64,000 nt of DNA from contig JAPPGE010000005.1 of the NCBI GenBank assembly GCA_028821455.1, forward strand, positions 103,030 through 167,029, given 5' to 3'. The DNA is from a bacterium (GTDB lineage Bacteria; Pseudomonadota; Alphaproteobacteria; SP197). Shown here piece after piece: positions 28,983 through 40,509 of this stretch. Position numbers and translations under genes: made by a program. The number at the start of each line of letters is the position of its first letter. Position 1 is the first letter of the stretch. The notes beneath the pieces were generated by a model that was not told the DNA's origin, searched no databases, and saw nothing but the letters and a program-made list of their open reading frames with translations.

Positions 28983-29379
28983 GACCGGCATGATCCGTCG
29001 AATTGGCACCGCATTACCACATCAAAGATTCATTCATAAAAGTAGGTGGTAATGATGGGTCTTGTGCATCATGTGGATGCAAGACTGTACTGGTGACTGT
29101 CAACAGTCCGGCTCTCCAGGAAGACATTGTCCGGGGTGCCTGTGCACTGTTGGAAGCGAATCGCGACGCAGAGCCAGTGGGCCTGCTGCGTGACATGTGG
29201 AACGGTGGACGGATGAGTGTGGATCACCGGTTTGTGTGCACGATATTCACCATGTCCCGGTTCCGTTTGTCCCCGGGCAAGAACGGTCGCACACATGGCG
29301 TCCAGGAGTGTGATACCCTGCGCCGGCTATCTCGGGAGCCGGTCGTTCACAGGGTGATCAGCCTTTCTTCCCCATATCC
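28983..29379. other. candidate chromosomal replication origin (oriC) in the hemE/DUF299 divergent intergenic region
   Basis: DnaA-box-like 9-mers GCATCCACA (revcomp of 29072-29080), TGATCCACA (revcomp of 29218-29226) and a weaker one at 29196-29204. There is an AT-rich 25 nt block flanked by the 9 bp inverted repeat CATTACCAC/GTGGTAATG (29012-29054). This hemE-DUF299 position is the conserved alphaproteobacterial origin location. Confidence 0.5.
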
Positions 29380-30198
29380 ATGACCAGGTTTCATGTGCAC
29401 CTCATCTCCGACGCGACAGGCGAGACAGTCCTTGCGGTGGGTCGTGCTGCGGTTGCCCAGTTCGAGAATGTCGATGTGGTCGAGCATGTGTGGACCCTGG
29501 TCCGGACGTCGCGGCAGATTGACAGGATTCTCAAGGCTCTCGAATCCAGCCCCGGAATCGTCATCTTCACGCTGGTCAATCCGGAACGCCGCGACCAGTT
29601 GGTCAAGGGATGCCAGAATCTCGGGATCGTTTCGGTACCGCTTCTCGATCCTGTTCTTGCCGCCCTGTCAGGTGTTCTCGACCAGCCGGTCAAGGGACAG
29701 CCCGGAGGGCAGCATGCCCTCAACGCAGACTATTTCGACAGGGTCGAGGCCATCCAGTTCGTCGTCCGCCATGACGATGGCCAGTCGCCCCACGATCTCG
29801 ACGAAGCCGATGTCATCGTTGTCGGTGTGTCACGCACCTCCAAGACGCCGACCTGCTTCTACCTCGCCAACCGGGGCGTCAAGGCAGCCAATGTGCCCAT
29901 CGTTCCGGGTATGGCACCTCCGGTGGAACTTCTCCAGGCTACCAGGCCGCTCATCGTTGCCCTCAGTCAGAACATGGAACGCCTGGTCCAGGTCCGGCGC
30001 AACCGCATGAAGCTTCTTCACCAGGACGAGGAAAGCGACTACATCGAGCCGGATGCGGTTCGCCGCGAGATGGCCGAGGCCCGCAGGCTTTACGAGGAAA
30101 GGGGCTGGCCGGTGATCGACGTCACACGGCGTTCCATCGAGGAAACCGCCGCGGCCATTCTTCAGTTCTACAGGGAGCGGTTCGGCTCGCTTCCCTGA
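29380..30198 (+). CDS. pyruvate,phosphate dikinase / PEP synthase regulatory protein family (DUF299, kinase/pyrophosphorylase)
   Basis: 272 aa with the P-loop GVSRTSKTPT. It is the homolog of the origin-adjacent DUF299 gene in other alphaproteobacteria. Confidence 0.8.
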   Translation: MTRFHVHLISDATGETVLAVGRAAVAQFENVDVVEHVWTLVRTSRQIDRILKALESSPGIVIFTLVNPERRDQLVKGCQNLGIVSVPLLDPVLAALSGVLDQPVKGQPGGQHALNADYFDRVEAIQFVVRHDDGQSPHDLDEADVIVVGVSRTSKTPTCFYLANRGVKAANVPIVPGMAPPVELLQATRPLIVALSQNMERLVQVRRNRMKLLHQDEESDYIEPDAVRREMAEARRLYEERGWPVIDVTRRSIEETAAAILQFYRERFGSLP

Positions 30199-31322
30199 CC
30201 GTCCAGGGCATCGCGCACCATCCTGTGGAAGTGGTGGACGACATGTTCGCCCACACCGCTGTCCTCGCTGTCGACGATGAACCGGCCCTGATCGTAACCG
30301 CGCGAGAACAGTCCCCTTTGAACCGATTCGCACAGCAGCAGGTCCTCCTTTCCGAGTACGTTCTCCAGGTAGTTGCGCCGGTCCTTGCTGTCAGGCGTAC
30401 CATCGGGGGAGAACCGGTAATTGATGAACCGCGTGGCGAGGTGGTTGACCGGTACCGCGGTGGTGATCAGGAGATCCCCTTCTCCGGGCATGACGTTGAT
30501 GGTCGTGGTCGGCCATACGTACCAGAAGAGCGAATGGGGCATGCGGGCATCCTTAGCAAGGCGGTAGGCGGTGTTGTCATGGAAGACGTCCCAGCCTTTC
30601 TGACGCGCCGTGATGCCATCGATGGTGTTCTCGTAGGTCGGCATCGAGATGATGTCGCAGAACTGCGGATGCGCCACTTCGCAGTGGTAGCATTCGACAT
30701 AGTTGTCGATGACCACCTTCCACCCTGCTTCTATGGCCCGGCCGCCAAAGTCATAAGACTCGGTGAGGGTGAGGTCCTTCCAGTAGGGAAGTTCCCGGCA
30801 GATGTCGGCCTCGAGGTTGGGCGCCTGGCTGGCAAGGGGAATCGCATCGTTGTCGAGGTTGACGAAGACAAGGTTGCACAGGACCTCGACGCGGACAGGC
30901 TTCAGGGAAAACTGCGACTTGTCGAAGCCCTCCACACCATCACTGTTGCGGGCGGTGCGGAGCTGGCCATCGAGTCCATAGGCCCAGGCGTGATAGGGGC
31001 ACGTGATGGTGGCCTTGAGTGTGCCCGAGCCCTCGACGAGGCGATGCGCCCGGTGCTGGCAGACATTGTAGTAGCCGCGCAACTGATCCGAACGATCGCG
31101 CACCACGAAAACATCCTGATCGAGGATGCTGCCGGCAAGGTAGTCGCCAGAACGGGCAATCTCGCTGGCATGGCACAGGTACATCCACGAACGGTAGAAG
31201 ATCTTCTCGCGTTCCAGTTCGAAGATCTCGGGATCGGTATAGTAGCGCGACGGCAACGTGTAGGAACGGCGGGGATCGGCGCCAAGCGGACGGGCAAAGT
31301 CGACCTGAAGAACCTCGGCCAT
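30168..31322 (-). CDS. Rieske oxygenase alpha subunit of the glycine-betaine/carnitine/stachydrine monooxygenase (GbcA/CntA/Stc2-like) type
   Basis: Contains CQHRAHRL...CPYHAW and a non-heme Fe motif NYVECYHC. Its 3' end overlaps the convergent DUF299 gene by 31 nt. Confidence 0.75.
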   Translation of the reverse strand: MAEVLQVDFARPLGADPRRSYTLPSRYYTDPEIFELEREKIFYRSWMYLCHASEIARSGDYLAGSILDQDVFVVRDRSDQLRGYYNVCQHRAHRLVEGSGTLKATITCPYHAWAYGLDGQLRTARNSDGVEGFDKSQFSLKPVRVEVLCNLVFVNLDNDAIPLASQAPNLEADICRELPYWKDLTLTESYDFGGRAIEAGWKVVIDNYVECYHCEVAHPQFCDIISMPTYENTIDGITARQKGWDVFHDNTAYRLAKDARMPHSLFWYVWPTTTINVMPGEGDLLITTAVPVNHLATRFINYRFSPDGTPDSKDRRNYLENVLGKEDLLLCESVQRGLFSRGYDQGRFIVDSEDSGVGEHVVHHFHRMVRDALDGQGSEPNRSL

Positions 31323-31398
31323 GACATCCGGCCTCCCTTGTCAGCACTGAAGAATCATAGCACGCAACCTCGATGGGAACGATATCCGGCGTTTCCGG

Positions 31399-31997
31399 TC
31401 AAACCTGCCAGGAGGCGACGATCTCCGCGGTCGTGCCGATCTCGATCTGATCCTCGAATCGACGGTAGACGAGATCAAGCATCGCCCTGTGAGCCTCTTC
31501 ATCGGAACTGGTAACGGCGTCTTCGGCAATGATCACGCGATATCCGCGGTCCACGCCCGTCATCACGGTGGCAAGGACGCACACGTCCGTCTCGACACCG
31601 CTGACAACGAGGGTCCGGCAGGCCATGGCGTCGAGAAGACTGACGAAGGCGTCGCTCTCGAAGGCCGAATAGGTGGTCTTGTCGATGACATGGGCCGGCG
31701 GAATGAAGGACCGGAAATCGCTCATGACATCGAGGAGCGCAGGCTCCATGTGCGATGTGGTGACGCTCGTCCAGCGCCGGTAATAGGTGCGCCATGCGCC
31801 ACTCGTCTCATCCGCCGTATGGGGCGTCATGAAACGGGTGAATATGGTGCGGTCGCTCCGGTGGGCCACGAGACGCAGGATACAGGGGGTGATGGCGGGC
31901 ATGGACGGCGTGTGCCACGCGGTTGGGCCAGCGAAGAGATCCTGCATGTCGACGACGACATGGACCGCATCCTGGCCAATCGGGCGGACGTCCTGCA

Positions 31998-31998
<1 letters not shown>
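31399..31998 (-). CDS. isochorismatase-family cysteine hydrolase
   Basis: 199 aa with the conserved D...K...C triad context (VVSGVETDVCVL). Confidence 0.7.
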
Positions 31999-33040
<1,042 letters not shown>

Positions 33041-33044
<4 letters not shown>

Positions 33045-33841
33045 CGTTCGCCTCCGAACTTCGAGAGGCGGGCAAACAGCAGGAGGGCCGTCATGGAGAT
33101 CACGATCATGATGGTGGAGATGGCGTTGACCTCTGGCGTGAATCCCTTGCGGATGGCGGAAAAGATCTCGACGGGAAGGACCGAGACGCCTGGCGGCGCC
33201 AGGAAATAGGAGATGACGAACTGGTCGAACGACACGGCAAAGGCAAAGAGGGCGGCAGCGACAATGCCTGGCGCCATGACGGGAATCTGCACCCGCACCA
33301 GGGACTGGAATGGCGTCGCGCCAAGACTGGCAGCAGCCTCCTCGAGGTCCGGTCCGATGCTCGCCAGGCGGGCACCGACGACGATGATGACATAGGGCAG
33401 GGAGAGTGCCACGTGCCCTAAGAGCATGGCATGGAGTCCCCGGCCGATACCCGTCCAGAAGAACAGCACCAGCATCGAGGTGCCGATGATGAGCCAGGGA
33501 ATGGTAATGGGGGGAAACAGCAGCAGCTGCAAGACCGTGCGTCCGCGAAACCGGTATCGGGCGAAGGCGAGGGCCGCCATGGTTCCCAGTATGGTGGCGA
33601 TGACCGTGTTGGCCAACGCCACCGCAACGCTGTTGAAGCTGGCCTGCAAGAGCCGCTCGTTGCTCGCCAGATCCTCGTACCAGCGCGTCGTGAACGTGAA
33701 CGGAAGGGTGTAGTGCACCGAATCGTTCAATCCCATGACGGCCAGCACAAGTATGGGAAGGTAAAGAAAGACCAGCACCAGAAAGAGCCAGAGTCGCCCC
33801 GCGCCCTCGCTCACCAACACCGTCAAGCGCGCCTGGTTCAT
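33041..33841 (-). CDS. ABC transporter permease (PotC-like)
   Basis: Six TM segments with an internal ATG start (MNQARLTV) in ATGA overlap with the upstream permease stop. Confidence 0.8.
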
Positions 33842-34701
33842 GTCGTTCTCATGTGGTTCTTCAGAACCGGCGCCGCCACGGCGAGGATGAGCAGGACGAT
33901 GGCCAGCAGGATGAACGAGAGGGCGCCGCCCAGTGGCCAGTTGGAGACGACGGTAAACTGTTCCTCGATCACCGTGCCGATCACCGTCCCCTTGGGTCCG
34001 CCCAGCAGGCGTGGCTCGAAGAAGGAGCCGATCACCGGAACGAAGATCAGGATGGAACCTGCAGCAAGGCCGGGAACGGCAAGCGGCAGGATGATTCTCA
34101 CCAGGATGGTCCACGATCGCGCGCCAAGGCTGCGGGCCGCCTCGAGAAGCGACTCGTCGATCGCCTGCAGGGAGAGGAAGCATGTGAGAATCATGTAAGG
34201 GAGGTAGGAATGAACGAGTCCGATGATGATGGCTGGATAGGAGTCTGTCAGATCAATGGCGGGCAGCCCGGGGATCACAGATTGAACGGCGCGGTCAAGG
34301 ACACCGTCAGGCCGGAGCACGATCGTCCAGGAAAAGACGCGGACAAGGGCATTTGACCAGAACGGCAGGACGATCAGCAGGAACAGGGCTTCGCGCCAGC
34401 GCCCGCGGATGCGTCGGGCCAGCCAGTAGGCGGCGGGAAAGCCGATGAGGATGCACAGGCCGGTGACGTGGAATCCCATTTCCAGCGACCGCCACATGAG
34501 GTCCTGGAGATAGCCCTTGGTGAAGAAGGCCTCGTAGTGCTTCAGCGAGAATTCGCTGGCGTGTTTGCCGAAGGGGCCCTTCTTCTGGAAACTGAAGTAG
34601 AGCATCGCTGACAGCGGCAGGAAGATCGTCACCGCAAGCCAGAGATAGGCAGGCCCCGTCAACCATGCGATCGCCCAGCGCCGCCGGGTCTCGATACGCA
34701 T
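33838..34701 (-). CDS. ABC transporter permease (PotB-like)
   Basis: TM protein with an EAA-like loop, starting at the internal ATG (MRIETRRRWAIAWL). Confidence 0.75.
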   Translation of the reverse strand: MRIETRRRWAIAWLTGPAYLWLAVTIFLPLSAMLYFSFQKKGPFGKHASEFSLKHYEAFFTKGYLQDLMWRSLEMGFHVTGLCILIGFPAAYWLARRIRGRWREALFLLIVLPFWSNALVRVFSWTIVLRPDGVLDRAVQSVIPGLPAIDLTDSYPAIIIGLVHSYLPYMILTCFLSLQAIDESLLEAARSLGARSWTILVRIILPLAVPGLAAGSILIFVPVIGSFFEPRLLGGPKGTVIGTVIEEQFTVVSNWPLGGALSFILLAIVLLILAVAAPVLKNHMRTT

Positions 34702-34774
34702 GGTCAGCGGCGCCGCCGGGGTGCCGGACAGCCCGCCGAGAGAGCGGGACCGTCCGGCGAAACCCAAAGATCAG

Positions 34775-35827
34775 CTATTCGGCGTACCAGGCCTTCGTTT
34801 CCTCCCAGATCTCCAGGAAGGTCTCCCGCGTCTCGTCCGAGAGCGGAGCCATGAACTGGAGATTGGCCGTGGCGGCGGGATCGCCGAGCACCTGACGGTT
34901 GAAGGCGTCTTCGGGCAACTGGTTCATGGCCACGCCATTGGCCGAAGCGGGTGCTCCGACCTCGGTGTCCCAGCGCACGAAATGGTCCGGACTGACCATG
35001 TAGTCGATGAACTGGAGCGCTCCGGCCGGATTGGCCGAGCCGGCGGCAAGGGAGAGGCCGTCGAGCCAGGCGATGGCGCCTTCCTTGGGAATGAGATAGC
35101 CGACCGGCAGCCCGAAGGCCTTGGCGCTGCGCGAGGCCGAACCCGACCAGTAGACCGCGACATCGAAGGCGTCGGCAGCGAACTCCTTGTTCCACTCGTC
35201 CTCCGATGACCAGAACGTGCGGATCTGCGGCTTGAGATCGCGCAGTTTCTGGCGGATCGCATCGAGGTCTTCCGGCGCGTTCATGTTCTGACCGGTGGCG
35301 AGTGCGGCAAGGTAGACGTTCTCGACGGAATCGTCCCGCACGGCGACGTTGCCGGCATGGGCCGGATCCCACAGGATCTCGATGGAGTTGCCGGGATCGA
35401 CTTCCTCGGTGTCATAGGCAATCGAGGTCAGGCCCCAGGTCCAGGCGACGCCGTAGAGGTCTCCGTCGAGCCTGAACTCCGCAGCATCCCTCAAGCCCGG
35501 CGAAAGGTCGCCGAAGTTGGAGATGGCCGCGCTGTCGATGGGCTGGATGAGGCCTTCCTCGGCGGCCTGGATGGTGAAGGCGGAGTTGATCAGCACGACG
35601 TCGTAGGCGCCGGGACTGGTGCGCAGCTTGGTCAGCATTTCCTGTTCGGAATTGAAGTAGTCGTGCACCACCGTGTGGCCCGTCGCCGCCTCGAAGGCCT
35701 CGACACCCCAGGCCTCGTCGGTCCCGTATCCCTGCCAGTTCAGCACCCTGACTTCGGCGGCGGCCAGCGGTTGGGCTGCCACCGCGGCGGCCAGCAATGC
35801 AGAGGCAATCATTCCTGATATGCGCAT
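34775..35827 (-). CDS. ABC transporter periplasmic substrate-binding protein (PotD/PotF polyamine/quaternary-amine family)
   Basis: 350 aa with a signal peptide (MRISGMIASALLAAAVAAQPLAAAE). It is the first gene of the transporter operon. Confidence 0.8.
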   Translation of the reverse strand: MRISGMIASALLAAAVAAQPLAAAEVRVLNWQGYGTDEAWGVEAFEAATGHTVVHDYFNSEQEMLTKLRTSPGAYDVVLINSAFTIQAAEEGLIQPIDSAAISNFGDLSPGLRDAAEFRLDGDLYGVAWTWGLTSIAYDTEEVDPGNSIEILWDPAHAGNVAVRDDSVENVYLAALATGQNMNAPEDLDAIRQKLRDLKPQIRTFWSSEDEWNKEFAADAFDVAVYWSGSASRSAKAFGLPVGYLIPKEGAIAWLDGLSLAAGSANPAGALQFIDYMVSPDHFVRWDTEVGAPASANGVAMNQLPEDAFNRQVLGDPAATANLQFMAPLSDETRETFLEIWEETKAWYAE

Positions 35828-35976
35828 TGTTCTTACGTCTCCCCGGAGATGATGTTGTGGCAGAGGACGCTGTCACAGCATTCGCCGGTCGTCAACGCAG
35901 GCGCTCTCTTGCGGCCCGGGGCCTGGCAGGCGCTCCGGGGCGTGTGATAGACCGGCCAAAGGCGGTGAAGACGAGC

Positions 35977-38900
35977 ATGATGAAGCGACACCTGCGTCCC
36001 GGGCTCTACGAGGATCTCGTGACCTCGTCCCTGAAGCGGGAAATCGGGATCCTGCTCGAGGACAACTGGTCGGTCGAGACAGGCATGGCCGAAGAGAACC
36101 GGCGTGCGGATGTTCTGGCCCGCCACGTCGCGGACCTGCTGCGCCGCGCCCTCGACGGAATGTCCGCAGAGCGCCAGATCGAACTGGCAAACCGTCTGCT
36201 CGGAATGCTTGGCAACTACGGGGTGCCGGAGGATGAACAGGTCGCCGGGACGGCAGAATTGCTGCTTTCCGTCTTCCGGAGCCAGGGACTCGAGGATCAG
36301 CCGGCGGCAGCGGAGCGGCCGATACGATCGCTGCGCGACACGGGTCTTCTCGTCAATGGCCGGCGCGACGTGCAGGTCTCCGGCGAGATCGTTCGCGAGA
36401 TACCGAGCGCCGACGGCATCGACCTCCTTTGCGCCTTTGTCCGCTATTCGGGACTGCGGCTGTTCCAACGGGAGCTGGGGGAGAGAATTGCGGCCGGTGT
36501 CCCGGTACGCGTCATCACCACCGTCTACACGGGGACGACGGAACGGCGGGCTCTCGATGCACTCCACGAACTGGGGGCCAAGGTCAAGGTCTCCTTTGAT
36601 GTCGCCCGCACCCGTCTCCATGCCAAGGCGTGGCTGTTCCGAAGGGAGAGCGGTCACCATACCGCCTACATCGGGTCTTCGAACCTCACGCACACGGCCC
36701 AGGTGGACGGCCTCGAGTGGAACGTGCGGGTCAGCGCCACCCGCAATCCGGAGGTGATCGACAGGTTCCAGGCAACCTTCGAGCAGTACTGGCAGGAGTC
36801 CGAGTTCGAGACCTATGACCCGGAATGCGATGGCCCGCGTGTTGATGAAGCGGGCAAAAGGGAGCGTGGCGACAAGCCGGGTGTCACGCTCTACATCGAT
36901 GCCGTTGCCAAACCCCACCAGGAAGCCGTTCTCGAGGCCCTTGAAGCCGAACGGAGGCGGGGTCATCACCGCAACCTCGTGGTCGCCGCCACGGGAACGG
37001 GAAAGACATGGGTCGCTGCCTTCGATTTCCGCAGGCTGCGCCAGGACCACCAGGTTCAATCCCTGCTGTTCATTGCTCACCGCAGGGAAATCCTTTCCCA
37101 GAGTCAGCAGGTTTTCCAGATCGTCCTGCGTGATTCCTCGTTTGGCGAACAGCTGGTTGCCGGCAAGCGCCCGCAGGAGGGACGGCACGTCTTTGCCTCC
37201 GTGCAGTCCCTGCAGAACCGCATTGACGGTATCGATCCGTCAGGATTCGATGTCGTCATCATCGATGAGTTCCACCACGCCGCAGCCAGCAGCTACGAGC
37301 GCCTGCTCGAGCGTCTGCGGCCCCGGTTTCTCCTTGGTCTGACGGCCACACCGGAACGGACCGACGGCAAGTCGGTCCTCGACTGGTTTGATGGCCGCAT
37401 CGCCTCCGAATCAAGGCTCTGGGACGCCCTCGATCAAGGACTCCTGTGCCCCTTCCACTACTTCGGGATCAACGACGGCACCGACCTCTCCGGCGTGCGG
37501 TTCCAGCAGGGACGTTACGTGGCAGGCGAGCTCGATACTCTCTTTACCGGTGATCATGTTCGAGCACACCGGATTGTTCAGGCCGTTGTCGACCATGTTC
37601 CCGACCCGCAAAGGATGCGTGCCCTGGGATTTTGCGCCGGGGTCGGCCATGCGCACTTCATGGCCGAGCGGTTTTCCCGCGAGGGACTGAAAGCAGCGGC
37701 CCTCGATGCGGCGACACCGCATCCGGAACGTGACAGGGCCCTCACCGGCCTGCGCACGGGCGATCTCCACATCATCTTCACCGTCGATCTCTTCAACGAG
37801 GGTGTCGATCTTCCCGAAGTCGATACCGTTCTCATGCTGCGTCCGACCGAGAGCGCCACCGTTTTTCTGCAGCAGCTTGGCAGGGGATTGCGCTGGGCCG
37901 AGGGCAAGCAGGTGCTGACCGTTCTCGATTTCGTCGGTCAGGCCCGGCGCGAATACCGCTTCGACATGCGCTACCAGGCTCTCATCGGCGGTACCCGCCA
38001 ACAGGTCAGGAAGGCCGTCGAGGAGAACTTCCCCTATCTGCCGCCCGGGTGCGCGCTCAGACTGGACCGCATCGCCAGAAAGGCCGTGCTCGACAACCTG
38101 AGCCATGCCCTGAGGACAGCGCGCAGTCATCTCGTGGAGGACCTTCGCGCCCTTGGCCCCTCGGCCCGGCGCATTCGTCAAGGCTTCGGGCGCCGACCTT
38201 CTCGACATCTACCGCAGACCGTCCTCCGGCCATTGTTTCACGGACCTTCTTGAGCGGGCGGGTTTCACCTCCCGATCCACGGAAAGATCACTCATGAAGG
38301 CGGTGGGCCGCATGCTTCACGTGGATGACGGCGAACGACTGGAAGCCTGGCGTTCCATCCTGACGGACGACGTCACGGTGGGCCAGCTTCCTCCTCGACA
38401 GCGCCGCCTCGCATGGATGTTTTTCGGTCTGCTGGCCGGCGACAGGCCTCTCGGCGATGTCGATGAGGTCTTTGCAGCCGTCCGCGCCCGGTCCGACATG
38501 CGTGACGAGCTGATCGACCTCCTCGACATTCTCGCAGACCGCTCACGTACCCTTGCCCAGCCGCTCGAAGGCGGGGACGTGAATCCGCTTGCCAGTCATG
38601 CCACCTATTCGCTTGTGGAGATCACCGCCGCCTATGGCCTGACCGATGCCAGGGGTGTTCTCAAGAGGCCACGCGAAGGCGTTCTCTGGGAGAAAGCGTC
38701 AGGGACGGACCTGCTGTTCATCACCCTCGAGAAGTCGGAGAAGGACTATGCGCCTTCGGTCCGCTATGCCGACTATCCGATTTCTCCACAGCTCTTCCAC
38801 TGGGAGACCCAGAACACGACGTCACCCGACTCCGGCACCGGACAGAGGTACATCAGCGGGACGGGGAAGGTTGTTCTCTTCGTGCGTGAGCGCAAGCGCG

Positions 38901-39049
38901 ATGACCGGAACGAGACACGGGCCTATCATTGTCTCGGATACGCCAGCTGCCGGCGCCACGAGTCATCGCGGCCGATGAAGATCGTCTGGGCACTTGAGCG
39001 CATGATGCCGGGATGGCTCTACCAGGCCGGCAAGGTGGTCGCCGGTTGA
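35977..39049 (+). pseudogene. PLD-family nuclease / SF2 (DEAH, ResIII-type) helicase / DUF3427 fusion gene, interrupted by a +1 frameshift near 38155-38170
   Basis: The N-terminal PLD HxK motif is RLHAKAWLFRRESG...GSSNLT. The helicase motifs are VVAATGTGKT (I) and DEFHH (II). The DUF3427-like C-terminal domain continues in the +1 frame (TTG-initiated ORF 38153-39049, ...GADLLDIYRRPSS...). The frame switch is at the GGCCCC run at 38156-38160. Confidence 0.65.
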
Positions 39050-39057
39050 AGACCGCA

Positions 39058-39678
39058 TCACGCCAGTCCGGGCACCAGATTCATGTGGACGACACGCCAC
39101 GTGGCCTCGTGCTGATGCGTTGTCGTGTAGTGATCGATGCGGGTCACGGAGAGATTCTCGGTCGCGAACTTCAGTGATGTTTCGGGATCAAGTCCCAGGG
39201 CGAGGCCCAGGGCTGCGCGAATGGTCCCGCCGTGGGCGACGGCAATGATGTCCTCACCAGCCCATTCCGCTGTCAGCCGACGGATCACCGGGGTGACGCG
39301 GTCACAGAGATCGGCAAAGCTCTCGCCGTTGGGTGGCGTCGTGGTGGCCGGGGCAAGCCAGAAGCGATGGGCAGCCACCGATGCGGTGAGTTCGTCGTAC
39401 TTTCTGCCGTGCCAGTCACCAAAGTCCTGTTCACCGAGACCGGTTTCGACTTCGGCGCTGATTGTTCTCCGGCCCGCCGCGGCGATGCTCCGGGCTGTCT
39501 GCCGGGTCCGCCGCAGATGACTCGTCACCCAGCGCGCCTCCTGCGGCAGCAGGGCTGCGAGAGCCAGAAAACTCTCGAGATCGCCGGTATCCGCGTTGGG
39601 ATCGGTGGCGCCGTAGATCCGCCCGCCGGTCTCGGTGACCGGCGCATGGCGCACCCACCACCAGCGTGTCGAGGTCAT
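39058..39678 (-). CDS. cobC: histidine phosphatase family protein, probable alpha-ribazole-5'-phosphate phosphatase
   Basis: Has the RHG motif (WWVRHAPV) of the phosphoglycerate-mutase-like family and is adjacent to cobS with a 4 nt overlap. Confidence 0.65.
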   Translation of the reverse strand: MTSTRWWWVRHAPVTETGGRIYGATDPNADTGDLESFLALAALLPQEARWVTSHLRRTRQTARSIAAAGRRTISAEVETGLGEQDFGDWHGRKYDELTASVAAHRFWLAPATTTPPNGESFADLCDRVTPVIRRLTAEWAGEDIIAVAHGGTIRAALGLALGLDPETSLKFATENLSVTRIDHYTTTHQHEATWRVVHMNLVPGLA

Positions 39679-40436
39679 GTCACGGCCACGACGCCGGCAA
39701 GGACGCCAATCTCCGAAACCTGCTGGATGGCGCCCAGAACGTCGCCGGTCTTGCCCCCCAGGACCGTCATGGCCAGCCAGCCCACGATGCAGGCAGCGAT
39801 GCCGCCGCAGGCCAGCGCCGCGATCCAGGCCCAGGGAAAGAGGAGCACCAGGGCCAGGACGGCGCCGACGATGAGGGCGATCAGGACCTGATCGAATGCC
39901 GGTTCGCCCGCTGCCGCCGCCATGCCGTCCTCCCTGGCATCCGGCATCGTTCGCATCGCCACCGCCATGAAGGCCCGGGAAAGAGCGGCGGCAACGACCA
40001 GGGCCGCCAGGACGTCCATGGCGTGCTGAAGGTCAGCCACGGCGGCAACGCGGGCGCCGATGACGATGATGAGCGCCATGGCGCCGAAAGCGCCGATCCG
40101 GCTGTCGCGCATGATGGCGAGCCGTCCCTCCCGGTCCGTGTGCGCGCCAAGGCCGTCCGCAAGGTCCGCCAGCCCGTCTTCATGGAGGCAGCGGGTGAAG
40201 ACCAGCATGGCGACGACGCAGACGATCGCCGCCAGGACCGGGCCGAGGCCGAGCCAGGCGGCGGCGGCGTAGAAGAGTGCGCCGACGAGACCGATGGCCG
40301 CCCCCACCACGGGGAACATCACCACGCTCCCCGCGAGCGGGCGATCATGTCCGTCACCTGCCGGAATCAGGGTCAGAAACTGTGTGGCAGCCGCCAGGCT
40401 GGCGGCAAGCCCCGGTCTTTCCAGATGGTCCGGCAT
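39675..40436 (-). CDS. cobS: adenosylcobinamide-GDP ribazoletransferase (cobalamin synthase)
   Basis: Polytopic membrane protein with the CobS family pattern. An internal ATG start (MPDHLERPGL) gives about 253 aa. Confidence 0.75.
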   Translation of the reverse strand: MPDHLERPGLAASLAAATQFLTLIPAGDGHDRPLAGSVVMFPVVGAAIGLVGALFYAAAAWLGLGPVLAAIVCVVAMLVFTRCLHEDGLADLADGLGAHTDREGRLAIMRDSRIGAFGAMALIIVIGARVAAVADLQHAMDVLAALVVAAALSRAFMAVAMRTMPDAREDGMAAAAGEPAFDQVLIALIVGAVLALVLLFPWAWIAALACGGIAACIVGWLAMTVLGGKTGDVLGAIQQVSEIGVLAGVVAVT

Positions 40437-40509
40437 GGTGGTGCTTATCCGATTGTTGGCAGGTGAGGTCAAGGGTAAGAAGGACGTGTCGACCGTCTCC
40501 GGATCCACC

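Noticed and set aside
28983-29379. CtrA boxes (TTAA-N7-TTAA) in the candidate origin
   Set aside because: No TTAA occurs in the region, so Caulobacter-style CtrA control is not supported.
38150-38170. Calling the frameshift a definite pseudogene
   Set aside because: The frame switch is at a C homopolymer, where sequencing indels are common. I annotate it as a disrupted gene but cannot exclude an assembly error.
35977-39049. Interpretation of the PLD-helicase gene as a type II Mokosh system
   Set aside because: The Mokosh helicase is an Upf1-like SF1 RNA helicase with a C-terminal PLD. Here the helicase is an SF2 DEAH/ResIII type with an N-terminal PLD and a DUF3427 tail.
40437-40509. Possible cobalamin riboswitch between cobS and cobT
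   Set aside because: The gap is only about 73 nt, too short for the B12 element, and no B12-box-like sequence is seen.
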